A DNA stretch of 64,000 bases from Phaeosaccion multiseriatum. Its lineage: Eukaryota > Protista > Ochrophyta, other classes. Shown piece after piece: positions 47,584 through 60,466 of the stretch (positions within the stretch are counted from its first letter, which is position 1; each line of letters starts with the position of its first letter). The stretch lies in contig OZ218952.1 of NCBI GenBank assembly GCA_965112735.1, positions 4,836,001 through 4,900,000 on the forward strand. The letters are read 5' to 3'. The notes under the pieces are model-generated. The model had not been told where the DNA came from and searched no databases. It saw only the letters and a program-made list of their open reading frames with translations. The position numbers were made by a program, and so were the translations under genes.

Positions 47584-50524
47584 TTCTTTCTCTCTCTCTT
47601 CTCTCTCTCTCTCTTCTCTCTCTTCTCTCTCTCTCTCCTCTGTTTTTTCTCTCTCTCTGTCTGTCTCTCCCTGTCTCGCTACTCAGCCTGCTCACCCCTC
47701 TCTCTCTTCTCTTTCTCTCTCTCTTATCTCTCTATCACTTTTCCCTCTCTCTCTCTCTTCCCTTCTCTCCGTCGCTCACATCTTCCTGTAACCCCACTCC
47801 TTGCTCGCTCCTTCCTCCCTTGTCTCCCTCTCCTCCTCTCTCCTTCCTCTTCCACACCTCTGACTCCCCCCCCAAATAGGCCGGCGTACCGCTGCGTTCC
47901 GTGGTGACGGCAGTGAACAAGGTCGGGGTGCTGGGAAGTGGGTACGACTCCACTCTCAGCGCCATCAAGGCGGCAGGCAAACCCGTGAGTGATGGAGCGA
48001 GGCGACAGGCAGCAGTGCAGTTCTTGGATTGGACTTGGTCCGTTTGCAACCCCTGAATGGCAGTGCGGGTGCCGCTTTCAGGCCTCCCCTGGGACGCCCT
48101 TCCCTCTGCCCTTCCCTCCTCCCCTCACTGCGGCGTCTCCCCCGCCGATGGCCACCCACCCCACGCACCCACCCCCCCCTGTGCGCAGGTCAGCATCGGC
48201 TTCCGGCAGCTGCACGCCGTGTATGATGGAGGCCCCCTCGGTTCCACACGCTACTGGCAAGGCTACCTCAGGGGCAAGACACAACTCCTGCCCTCCCACA
48301 GCACTACACAGGGCAGGACCGAGGGCAAGGGCCTGGCACAGGGCAAGGGACAGGCAGAGGGGGGTGGCAAGGCAGTGGTGAGTCAGCAGTCTCAGCAGTC
48401 TCAGCAGTCTCTGGCGTGGACGGGACGCTTCTACGTGCTGCGGGCCGACGGATATCTCTACGCTTATGCGGGCAAGGAGCTGCGAGACCGGCCTGTCGAA
48501 GCCATCAGCGTGCAGGAGGCGACACTCGTGTATGGCCAGGGGCTGCTCAAGCAGTTTGCCTCGGCGCTGCTAGAGAAAGAGGCCGCCTCCTGCCCCGAGG
48601 TCTACAAGCACTCCTTCGCGCTGCTAAGGCCCGATGACGTCATTGTGCTCAGGGCCGACAGCGAGGCGCAAATGCTCGACTGGTGAGTCAGTGAGTCAGT
48701 GAGTCAGTGAGTCAGTGAGAGAGTGAGGGAGGGAGTGAATGAGTGGGGGGAGGTGAGTAAGGAAGTCAGTGAGTATTCAGTGGGTGAGTGAGTGAGTGAC
48801 TGACTGACTGACTGGCTGACTGGCTGAGCGAGTGAGTGAGAGAATCAGTGAGTGAGTGAGAGAGTGAGGGAGGGAGTGAATGAGTGGGGGGAGGTGAGTA
48901 AGGAAGTCAGTGAGTATTCAGTGGGTGAGTGAGTGAGTGACTGACTGACTGACTGGCTGACTGGCTGAGCGAGTGAGTGAGAGAATCAGTGAGTGAGTGA
49001 GTGAGTGAGTGAGTGAGTGAGTGAGTGAGTGAGTGAGTGAGTGAGTGAGTGAGTGAGTGAGTGAGTGAGTTGAGAGAGGAGGGAGGAGGCAGCACTTCGG
49101 TAGCTGAGGTGCATCCCTTGGATGGGGCTTTCTTTCCTATGACACGGCAGCGCAGCGCCCCTGCCCCTTTTGCTTGCATGACCTACTCTCCGAGGCTCTT
49201 TCTTACCCATGTGCCTCCATCCCGGGCCTGTTGGTGCTACAGGGTGTGTGCCATTACTGTGCTGGAGCTCGGACTACTTAGCGACAAGCAAGCGGCGGTA
49301 CTGCATGGGTCAAGGCCAGTGGGGGCAATGGCGGTGTCTCCGCCGCTGACCCCCTCGGGACAGGGAGGACGTCCGGCGACGGCGCCTTGGGCGGAAGGGG
49401 GGGGGATGGCAGTGGATGGGAAAGAGCTCAGCACGAGAACGCCGAGAGAGACCTCTTCCGGTTCATTGCTCGGGCCGTCAGGAAGAGGGGGACGAGGAGG
49501 AGGAGGAGGAGGAGGAGGAGGGGGGGGAGGAGGAGGGGGAGAAGGAGGAGACGAAGGAGGGGGGGGCGAGGGGGGGGACAAGCTCCGGAGAGACAGCTGG
49601 AACGGCGCTAGTGCTGCCCCTGTTGTAACCGGCTCGAGGAGGAGACTCGCGTCGGGTGGTGGTGGTGGTGGTGGTGGTGGAGGAGGAGGAGGAGGAGAGG
49701 TGGGGGGGGGAGGAGGCGAAGGAGGAGGAGCAATGAGAGAGAGGCGAGGCAGTGCCAGCGGTACCATTGCGGTGGGGTCGTCAAGGCGGCGGCAGCAGGC
49801 GGCGGTTTGTAAGCAAGGTTACTTGTCCATACGTAAGGGTGGTGGACTTGGAGGGGGGGGTGGGGCGCTCTCCCTCCCATCGGGCTATTGGAGCTGGAGC
49901 CAGCGGTGGGTCGTGCTTCTCGAGGACGGAAGGATGTTGTGGTTCCATCAGATTCCGCACGATGTTGCCGGGTGAGTGGATGGTGGAGGGAGAGAGTGAG
50001 AGGGAAGGAGGCAGGAGGCATATGGGGGGGGGAGGGAGAGGAGATGTTTCATCTTCGTCTGTGCACTTGTTCTTGTCCGCAAGCAGAGAGGTGCCCCTTG
50101 CTCACAAATGATGTACGTTCTGAACAGGGAGATGCCCAATGGCCAGCTCGAGGCGCGGGGCGCGCATGTTATGGTATCTGAAGAGGAGGTCAAGGAGAGA
50201 GGGGAGGAGGGAGGAGGAGCAGGAGGAGGAGGAGAAGGTGGAGGGGGAGGGGGAGGGGGAGCTACGCCTGACGAGCCTGCCCTCAGCAGCAGCAGCAGCA
50301 GTCATGTGGGTAGCAGTAAGAGTTTCGCTTTTGGGCTGAAGACTGCCTCCCGCACGCTCTTCCTACGCGCAAGCAGCCCGGAGGAGAGAGACGAGTGGGT
50401 GCATGTGCTCGGTGGGGTGTTAGGAGACGGAGGAGGAGCAGGAGCAGGAGCAGGAGGGGGAGGAGGAGCAGGAGGAGGAGGAGCAGGAGGAGGAACAGGA
50501 GGAGGAGGGGGAGGAGGAGGAGGA

Positions 50525-50560
<36 letters not shown>

Positions 50561-51757
50561 GCTGGAGCAGTGGCGGGAGGGGCAGCACCAGCACCAGAGG
50601 ACGGCCAAGCGACCAATCAGTCCTTTGTGGCGGCGACGGACACTGTGGCAGCCAGGAGGGCCGCGGATCTGCTTGCCATCAGCGACCATCCGCAGATGCT
50701 GTTCGACGACCCCGCGAGGGCCTACAGCCTCGTGATGGAGGCCTCCCGCGGCGGCGGAGGCATCAGGAAAGATGCCTTCCTGCGCGTAGCGGGGCAGAGC
50801 TTCCTCCCCCTGTGCGATGTATTCACTGCCGAGGCCGTGTTTGATGCGTTGCTGCGGAGGGAGGACGGAGCAGACAGACGTGAGTGCAGCTGGAGTCTTG
50901 CGCGAGGGTTGTTGAGTGAGTGGGTGGAGTGGGTGGGTAGGAAGGGACAGATGAAGGACCGAGGGATGCCTTCACCCCAGCCCCCCCCCACGCCATCCAC
51001 TGCCATCCCTTAAGCTCCCTCTCCATGAGCTCACCCCTTCACCCCTCCCTTCCTTCACACACAGGCGAGAGCAGTAGCAGCTACGGTGCCTCTTCCTCCT
51101 TGTCCTCCTCCCTCGGCAAGAAGGGTTCAGGAGCAGGCAGCGGCTCCTGGGGGGGGATGGCACTCAACGGACTGTGGGGCAGGGGGGGGGCGGCAGCGGC
51201 GTTGTTTGAAGACGTGTTGTCGCACATGTCGACGGTTTCGGGAGTGGACGGTGTCAGGACCCGCACAGTGACCGCAGAGCCGCTGGGAGGGGCCACCAAG
51301 ATGACCTTCGACCTCTTCAACGTAAGAGAGAGGGAGATGGCCTTTGCAGATGCCAGTGGATGGAGAGAGCCGCGAGGGACAATGTCGAGATGGCAGTGGA
51401 TGAGGAAAGACTGTCGAGATGGCAGTGGATGGAGAAGGCCAGGCAGTACGGCCTTGCTTAGGCATTGCCCTCCCCCTCGTGGGACATGAGAGGTCGTGAC
51501 GCGCTGCCCTCCCTCTCTCTGTTTCTGTCTCTTACCTCCTTCTCTCTGCCCATGTGCCTCTCTCTCTCTCGTCCCTCTCCCTCTGCCTCTCTGTGTACCT
51601 CTCTCTTTCTCTCCCTCCCTCTCTCCCTCCCTCCCTCCCTCCTTCTCTCTCTCTATTTCGGCCCATATGACTCTGCCGCAGCGCTATGTGGAGGCCGTGC
51701 AGAGCTGCGCGACGCATCCGCAGTCGTGGACAGACCTTCGCATCCGACTAGGTGGGG

Positions 51758-51807
<50 letters not shown>

Positions 51808-53697
51808 TTAGACATTGGCGTGGTGCACCCCCCCCTTACCCACCCCACCCTTGTATTTCACCCTCCCCTCCCCCCTCCCCCTCCCAAGGCCTGGACCCTC
51901 TGGAAACCCTCGTCATGAACCAAGAACACGTGAGCGAGAAGGCCCCTGCGCTGTTCGGTCTGTCTGACCAGGGCTCCCTGTACCTCACCGACAGGCACTT
52001 GTATCTGCACCTCCCGCTCAAGCAGCTGGTGCGCGTGGTGCCTCTTGCGACGGTGCGGACCGTCAAGGAGGTGTCAGGACAGGGGGGGGGTGTGGCGTCT
52101 TCGCTCACCGAGGCCTTCGAGTTGGGGGGGTGCGACGTGCACACGGTGTCACTGCAGCAGCAGTTGGTGGTACAGGCGGCGCAACAGGGGGACGACGCGG
52201 GGGGGGCAGCGGGGGCGGAGCAGCAGCACAGGGGCGCCACCAGCGCTGCCTCGTGTCAGGACTACAGATTGGGTACGTGTGGGTTACGTGTGGGTCACGT
52301 ATCGGTTACTCAGAGGCTATGTATCTATCATAGCCACCCATCCCGCCCCTCGGGTATCGCTTGCACCCCTCGGGTATCGCTTGCACCCCTCGGGTATCGC
52401 TTGCACCCCTCGGGTATATCTATATATTGCTTGGGGTCAGGGCGGTGCGTGCCCCGACTCTCTGCTGCACTACAAGAGCCAAAGCTGACGATCCATTTGT
52501 GAATGCATGCCCCTGTATGATGAACTGACGCAGTGCTCTCTAAGGTCAAGGGCATGCTCGGGCTGGACGATGCGCACAAGCACGGGGGCCGGAGAAGGGT
52601 GTGGGTGGACTTCCTGGTACGTCCACTTCACGTCACTTTTCTCCACTTCCTCGAGCCAAGTGCGAGGGAGGGAGGGGGGGAGGGAGGGAGGTGAATCGAT
52701 GGGTAGGACTGCACTAGAAGAGAAGTAGAGCTGCACGAGAAGAGAAGTAGAGCTGCACGAGAAGAGAAGTAGAGGGCGTGTCCCCCCCCCCCCAGCGCTT
52801 CCCCTGTCTCCTCTCTCTTGTGCAAAGCTCACGATTCCGACTCCTTTCCCACTCCCCCACGTCGCCCTGCCCATATGCCTGTCCTGCCTGCCTGCCCGCC
52901 TGCCCGCCCATACGCCTTCTCATCCGTCCAGAGGGAGCTCGTCGCGGCGCAGTCCATCACCAACTTGTCTCCCTCCTCCCCTCGGGCCCTCAGCGCCTTT
53001 CTGGCCTCCTTCGCCTCCTCGCCAGACTCGGTGGCTCCGGGGTCGAAACGCCCCTCACCCCACAAGGGCACAGCCCCCTCGGGGCGCTCAATGCCCTCCC
53101 CCGGGGTGCAGAGAGGTGCTTCCCCTTCCCCTGTGCATGGGGCCAATGGGGCCAGCAGGAGCAGGAGTGGCAGCAGCAATAGCAGCAGCAGCAGCAGTGG
53201 TGTTGGCGCAGAGGGTAGGGAGCACTCGTCCGCGACAGCACCAGCAGCATCAGCAGCACCAGCAGCACCAGTGGCACCAGCGGCGGCAACGTCTGGCTCG
53301 GCAGCATCAGGGCAGGGCCTGGGCAGTGCCACCCTAAGGAACTTCACCACCAAGCTCAAACTGCTCGTCAGGGAGGAGGAGCAGGGGCCGGAGGCCTACG
53401 AGGTGGGTGGGATGGCAGTGTATGGCAGTGCATGGCACTGGATGGCAGTGTAAGGCTCTGGATGGTAGTGTGTGGCAGTGTATGGCACTGGATGGCACTG
53501 GATAGCAGTAGAGGGGTGGGCGGGTGGGATGGCAGTGGAGGGGTGCGCAGGCTGGCCTGGCTTGAGTGGGGTGGAACGGAGGGCGCCATGGGCACTCACT
53601 CTATCGTAGCCCCTCTCTCTCTCTCTCGGCCCATAGGCCTCCCTTCTCTCTCTGTCCCAAACCTCTCTCCTTCTCTCGACCTGCCCATGCCCCCCCC

Positions 53698-53755
<58 letters not shown>

Positions 53756-54653
53756 ATGTGTGTGTCGACGGTCGCTGTTCCTGAGTTGAAGGCTGTGCCA
53801 GTGTGCCTCATCCATCCCAGTCACTTACTCTCATGCCCTCTTATCCCTCCATCCACTGCCATCCACTGCCATCCACTGCCATCTTCTGCCATCCCCCCAC
53901 AGGTGCAGCGGAACCGCGTGAGTCTGTGGGTGGCTGCCAACCTCATCCGCACCCGCGCCATCCTGCGGGCCTCCTCTTCCGCCTCCTCCTCCTCCTCCGC
54001 CTCTGCCTCGTCCTCCTCCTCCTCGTCCTCTTCCTCCTCCGCCACCCACACCGATGCTCTCCTGTTGTGCTCAAGGCTGCATCTGCCGCGCTGCAGAGAG
54101 CTGCTGAGGGCCTTCCTGCTCGGGGGGGAGGAGGGAGATGCAGGTGGGTGTGTATGTGTGTTTGGGGGGTGGGGGGGTGCCCAACCAGTGGGAATTTGGC
54201 GTTCGCAATCTTGTCGTAGTGTACAGTCGTCTGACTTGTTGTCTGCTTACCCGCTCTGGTCTTGTGTTCTCGCTGCAGTTTTTTGGGCTGATTGGTATAT
54301 ATCGCCATCCTCCTCACACACCCCCCATCCCTCCTATACCCCCTTGGTGTTGCTGCCGTACCTCCCCGCAGGGGCGGTGCCTCAGGCTTCATCCAGTGCC
54401 GATACAGACGTCAAGAGGGGCCAACAGCAGCTGCAGCAGTTGGTGATACAGCAGCAGGAGCACTTGGTGATACAGCAGCAGTCGTCAGCGAGAGGGGGCG
54501 GATCTGCCATGACTTCTCCCACGGGCTCTTCGTCTCCTCCACGGAGAGGCTCCGAGAGCGCGGGGTCAGCAGCAGCAGTTGGTGATACAGCAGCAGTAGT
54601 AGAGGAGGGGCCGGGAGGGGGAGGGGGAGGGGGAGGGGGCGCGAGAGACGGGC

Positions 54654-54721
<68 letters not shown>

Positions 54722-55221
54722 AAGCAGCAGCAGCAGCAGCAGCAGCAAGCACATGGGCAGCAGCAGGGGAGCTCTCCCTCCTCTGCCCTCCCCTCCCCCC
54801 CTCCCCCTCCCCCTCCCGGCCCCTCCCCCTACCGCATGCGATCCCGTCGCTGGCAGCTCGTGCTGGCCCAGTACATGGCAGGCACGTCTCACTTCAAGCA
54901 GCAGAGAGAGAGGAGCAACGGGCTCTTCACGCCGCACAAGCTCAGGAGCGAGTGGGCGCTGTTCTGGGGAGTGTTGGACCCCGTGCTGGAGGGGGTGGTG
55001 CAGGCGGCCGAGGGGCTGAGAAGGTGGCACAGCCCGCCTGCGAGCTTCGTCGTCATGTGGGGGCTGCTCTTCATCGCATGTACGTGTGGGGTGTACGTGG
55101 GTGTACGCCAGCCTGTGGGGGGTCTTTGGGGTGACTCTGTATGTGTCTCTGTGTTCTCTCTGTGTGTGCATGTCTCCGTGTCTTACTTGCCTGTCTGCGT
55201 GCCTGCTCGTATGCCCATGTG

Positions 55222-55269
<48 letters not shown>

Positions 55270-57087
55270 CCCATATGCCTGCGCTCAGGAGATGAGTATA
55301 TATATTGGAGTGCCTTTGAGTCTTCTCTCTTTTGTATCCTCCCGTCGCTCTGCTGCCGTATCACCAACTGGTGTGCCCCGTGTCCCTGCCGTATCACCAA
55401 CTGGTGTACCCTGTGTCCCATACCCCGCAGACCACGACCTGGTGGGCTACATCATCCCCTGCCTCGGCGCTGCCAACGCCGTGTTCGTCATTTGGCTCGG
55501 CCACAACGTGAACAAGCAGTTGGTGATACAGCAGCAGCAGCAACAACAGCAAGCACATGGCCAGGACCAGTCCCACCCCTCTGGAGCAGCGGAGGGGGGT
55601 GCCAGTGTCGGTGCCACTGCCGTCGGAGCAGCGCTGGACTCGGCTCAGCAGCCCTCCTCCTCCTCCTCCTCCTCCTCTTCCACAGCCGCCAGGCAGCACA
55701 GCCGCCATGCGATGATGTCTTTCTTACATGGCGATGGTGACGAAGGGGGGGGCGGGGGCGCGGCTTCGGTCACCAACACCATCACCAGCACCAGCCCAAC
55801 CCCAATGAGCATTAGTAGAGGTAGTAGCAGCAGCAGCAGCAAGCCTACGGGCACAGAAGGAGGCGCGGGTGGTGGTGGTGTTGGTGGTGGTGGTGGTGGT
55901 GGTGGTGGTGGTGGTGGAGGAGGAGGAGGAGTGAGCGATGCCGGTACCGCAGACGCTGGCACTACCGCTGGTGGCAATAGCGGGGGAGGAGGAGGGGGAG
56001 GAGGAGGGGGAGGGGGAGGCGGGCTCAGCATCTTCTCGCAGCTCAAGGGCATGCAAGCCAGCGCGGGGCGCATGCAGGCAAAGCTCCACGCCTACAACAC
56101 CTTCCTGCTCAAAGTGCACGCCCTGCATACATGGAGAGACCCCACGCGCACAAAGGTGGGAGAGGGAAGGAGGGAGGGAAGGGAGGGAAGGAGGGAAGGG
56201 AGGGAGGGAAGGGAGGGAGGGAAGGGTGGGAGGGAAGGGTGGGAGTGGGAGGGAGGTGGGCAAGCTTGGGTGTCGGTCAGGGCGGGGCAGGGACAGGGGC
56301 AGGAGCCGCGGGCATGGGCAGTCCACCTCCGCACTCCATTGATTGATTGATTGGTTGGTTGATTGATTGATTCCGCTCTGTCCACTTTGTACCGTTGCCC
56401 CCCCCCCCTCACTTCCTTACTGCCTCACTGCCTCACTGCCTCACTGCCTCACTTCCGTACCTACCCACGCCTTGAGTTGACATGTCCTCGTCGCTTGTCT
56501 TGTCCCATGTGTATATCCCTCACCCCTGTCCGCCCATCACCCATGCATCAATGCACCAATGCACCAATCCATCCGATGATCAGGTGTGGATCTTCCTCAT
56601 GCTCGTGCTGAGCGTCGTGCTTTCCACCGTGCCCTCGCGCTTCCTGTGGGCTGTGTTGGTGCTCTACTTCTTCTCTGGTGAGCATCTGTGATCCTCTGTG
56701 ATCCTCTGTGAGCGTGAGCCTCTGTGAGCGTGAGCCTCTGTGAGCCTCTGTGAGCCACTTCAGCAGGTGGTTACCTGTTTCGGGAATGTCCTGCTCCCTC
56801 TGACCCGATCCCTGCTCCCCACCCCTTATCCCCTCCCATCTGCTTGCCCATATGCCTGCCCATATGCCTGCCCATATGCCTGCCCATATGCCTGCCCATA
56901 TGCCTGCCCATATGCCTGCCCATATGCCTGCCCATATGCCTGCCCAGAGCCCCTGCGGCCTGTGGAGCCCACCCTGCCCGAGCTTCTGTGGTTGGACTTC
57001 TGGAGAGGCCTTCCCGTGGAGAGCAGCACACACACCAATTTACAAATGGCGGCAATATACAAAATGGAGCGGCAGAAGCACGAGTAG
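47182..57087 (+). CDS. Large multi-exon protein: two PH domains, a GRAM domain and an MCTP/GRAMD4-like C-terminal membrane region
   Basis: PH1 (WQGYL...[17 protein letters not shown]...[14 protein letters not shown], 48190-48682). PH2 (KQGYLSIR...[17 protein letters not shown]...[19 protein letters not shown]). GRAM ([12 protein letters not shown]...[10 protein letters not shown], about 51889-52272). C-terminus [33 protein letters not shown]...VPSRFL...FWRGLP. Internal exon boundaries are partly uncertain. Confidence 0.7.
48700..49070. repeat. About 140-bp tandem duplication plus (GAGT)n
   Basis: Two copies of gagagagtgagggagggagtgaatgagtgggggg...gagaatcagtgagt in an intron. Confidence 0.85.
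56845..56940. repeat. 12-bp tandem repeat x8 (TGCCCATATGCC) abutting a 3' splice site
   Basis: The array runs into tgcccag|AG at 56947. Confidence 0.92.
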
Positions 57088-57688
57088 AGACGGCGAGAGG
57101 CGCTGCTGTGGCGGGGGTTGACTGAGCGAATCGCCGTCTGTAGATAAAGATAGAAACGTGTAGATAACTCTTCTCTAATTTTAAGTTGATGACATTTTGA
57201 AAGGGAAAGAGGTGAAGAATGGAAGAAAGAATAGAAGACTCAGTAAGGCTGGAGGCAGCCATGAGCCATGTACGAGCAGGACGGGTACTTACTCTGACAC
57301 TCCTTACACTCTGAGCTTCCCTCACGGACTTACTATACTTGCTTGGAACAAAAGCTTTGCCATCGAGTGCCATCGAGTGCCATCGAGTGCAACCCTTGTC
57401 ATGAGAGCGAGTGACAGTGAGACGAGCGGAGACGTCCCCCCCTGGAGCTCTGGACACCCCTATACATGTACTTGCAAGTATTTGGACCGCTGTGACCCCT
57501 ATACATGTACTTGCAAGTATTTGGACCGCTGTGCCGCTCGCCTCTGGCCAGACTTGGCGCTGAGCGGCCTCCTTGCCTGCCTGCCTACCTGCTTACCTGC
57601 CTGCCTACCTGCTTACCTGCCTGCCTACCTGCCCACCTGTCTGCCTACCTGTCCACCTGCCTACCTGTCCACCTGCCTACCTGCCTAC

Positions 57689-60240
57689 CTACGGACTGCG
57701 GTCAGCCTGGTATAGCAGGTGGTAGCAGGCCAACGAGGAGGCGTAGGAGGCGGCGAAGGAGGGCGGGAACTTGAGCAGCATGGGCCACGCCCCTGCGTAG
57801 AGCCTTGTGTACCTTGTGTACAGCCCGAGCACGCCGTTGGCAGCCACCACGGCCCGGACACCTCGCCAAGTGCTGCGCAAGGAGGTGTCAGGACCTTTGC
57901 CCTTGGTGCTGCTGCTGCTGCCCATGTGACTGCCGCTGCCCCCTGCAGATGCAGGCGGTGCCCCTGTTGCTCTTCCCCCTGCTGCTGCTGCTGTCGCTGC
58001 TCCTCCCACTCCTCCTCCTGTTGGTGCTCCGGCTGCTACTGCTGCTGCTGCTCGCTCCCTCCCTCCCGTGGGTGTGTGGGCAAAGGCCTGCAGCTGAGCT
58101 CGCCTTCGAATGCCGTCAAAGGGAAACGCCACTAGTTGGGCCTGAGGGCAGAGGGCAGAGATGGCAGTGGATGGGGAAAGGGGAGAGGGGGGCAATCTTA
58201 CGTACTACTACGAAGTACGGAATAAAGCGAGTGGTCGGAAGGGAGGTGTGTGTAGAGACCAACAGCGCAGCATCGACCACTGCTCCCCCTCACTCACTCA
58301 CTCGCTCATTTACTCACTCATGCACTTACTCACTCACTCGCCTGCTTGCTCACTTACTCACTCACTCCCTCACAATCTCCCTCCGTCCCTCCCTCACTCA
58401 CTCACTCACTCACTCACTGACCCACTCCCTCCGTCCCTCACTCACTCACTCATTCACTTACTCACTCACTCACTGACTCACTGACTCACTGACTCACTGA
58501 CTCACTCACTGACTTACGCACTCTCACCCACTCACTCACTCACTCACTCACTCACTCACTCACTCACTCACTCACTCACTCCCTCACTCACTCACTCACT
58601 CACTCACTCACTCACTCGCTCACTCACTCGCTCACTCACTCACTCACTCACTCACACTCTCCCCCCCACTCATCCACCCACCCACCCACTCAACCCACCC
58701 CTTGACCCACTCACCAGCAGCCCCGCCGCGGCGCCCCCCAGCAGCATGGAGCGGTGGTGGTGCTTGTTGTCTGCGTGCAGATGCAGCAGGTCGCGGTGAT
58801 GGCCATGGTGCGAGTGGGGACGGAGGGCGGCGAGCAGGGATGTGTTGATACCCATGTAGAGAGAGGCCCAGCACACACTGGGGGCGGGCGCACAGAGGTA
58901 GGCGGACAAGGGCATGGGTTTAATTGGAGGTATATGGGTCAGGGCCAACACGAGGGGTAACAGGGCAAGCCCTTTGGCGGGAAAGAAGGCGGCGACATCG
59001 ACTTGGGCAGGGCTCGGGTTCGGTTTCTTCCCCTAGTAAGTCAATAAAAAATTGTGACAGACGGCACTCTCCAGTGTCACTCCTTGTCACTCCTTGTCAG
59101 TCACTCCTTGTCAGTCACTCCTTGTCACTCCTTGTCAGTCACTCCTTGTCACTCCTTGTCATTCTCTATCCTTGTCACTCCTTGTCACTCCTTGTCATTC
59201 TCTATCCTTGTCACTCCCTGTCACTCCTTGTCACTCCTTGTCACTCCTTGTCACTCCTTGTCATTCTCTATCCTTGTCACTCCTTGTCAGTCACTCTGTG
59301 TCAACGTCAACATGCGCTGTACACCCCCCCCCCCCACTCCGCCCCAGAGATTTGCCCTAATGTCGTGTGATGCCCCTCTCTTGTGGCCCCGCCTCTTCCT
59401 CCGCCCCACCCATTGACTTAGTCCCACCCCACCCATTGACTTAGTCCCCACCCCACCCATTGACTTAGTCCCCATTGACATAGTACCCACCTCGCTGGCA
59501 TGCCCCTACAAAGCACGCGCGGCCCCTCCCTCCGCACGAGGCCCCTGAGCTCCAAGAGGCTCTGCCGCACGGGGCCGACTGACCCGTTGGAGCTTCGATG
59601 CCCAGATGGCGACGCCTCCCCCCCCCCTGCACACACAGTCACACGGGAGCGCAGCATCTCCAGGGGGTTCGCCACAGCGTTGGCAGCGACGCCCGCAGCC
59701 GCACCTGCTAGCAGATGGCGAACCTCCAAAGGCAGAGCACCAACACCTCCACCACCGTCGCCATCATCATCACCTCCAGCACCAACATGTCCTCCGTCGC
59801 CTCGGCCGATGTCCCCCCCCCCGGCGGGGTCTCTGCCCAGCCTGGTGAGCAGCCAGCGATAGACCTGCATCTGCACGGCGAGCACAAGTCCGATGCGCAC
59901 GCAGTTGACGGAGTTGCCTCTGAACAGTCCTGACATGCCGTCTCTGCGGACCATGTCCCTCAGCCCAGACAGCACCCCCTTCTTGTTCTTGTTGTTGGTG
60001 TCAGGACCAGCGAGCCCATACGCCTCTAGATACCTGCCCCCCGCCTCGACCTGCCGCAGGATCTTGAGCCGCTCCAGGGGGGCCACGAGCGTCCTGCCCA
60101 CCATAGCGGCCAAAATGGCCACCCCTGTCCACGTATATCGGGACACTTCCCAGTCCGGCCCTTCTTCCACCCCGGGGCCGCTTGGAGCAGGAGGGAGAGA
60201 CGGGACGCTGAAGGCGCTGCTGTAGGATGCGGTTCTCTCC

Positions 60241-60282
<42 letters not shown>

Positions 60283-60414
60283 GCCGCCGCTGGTGTATCA
60301 CCAGCTGCTTTGCTGTCGCCGGGCTCTGGTGTACTCCCGCCGCTGACCCAGCTCCTTGCCGCCCGCCACCACATACCAACGCTACTACTACCACTACTAC
60401 TACTACTACTACTG

Positions 60415-60466
<52 letters not shown>

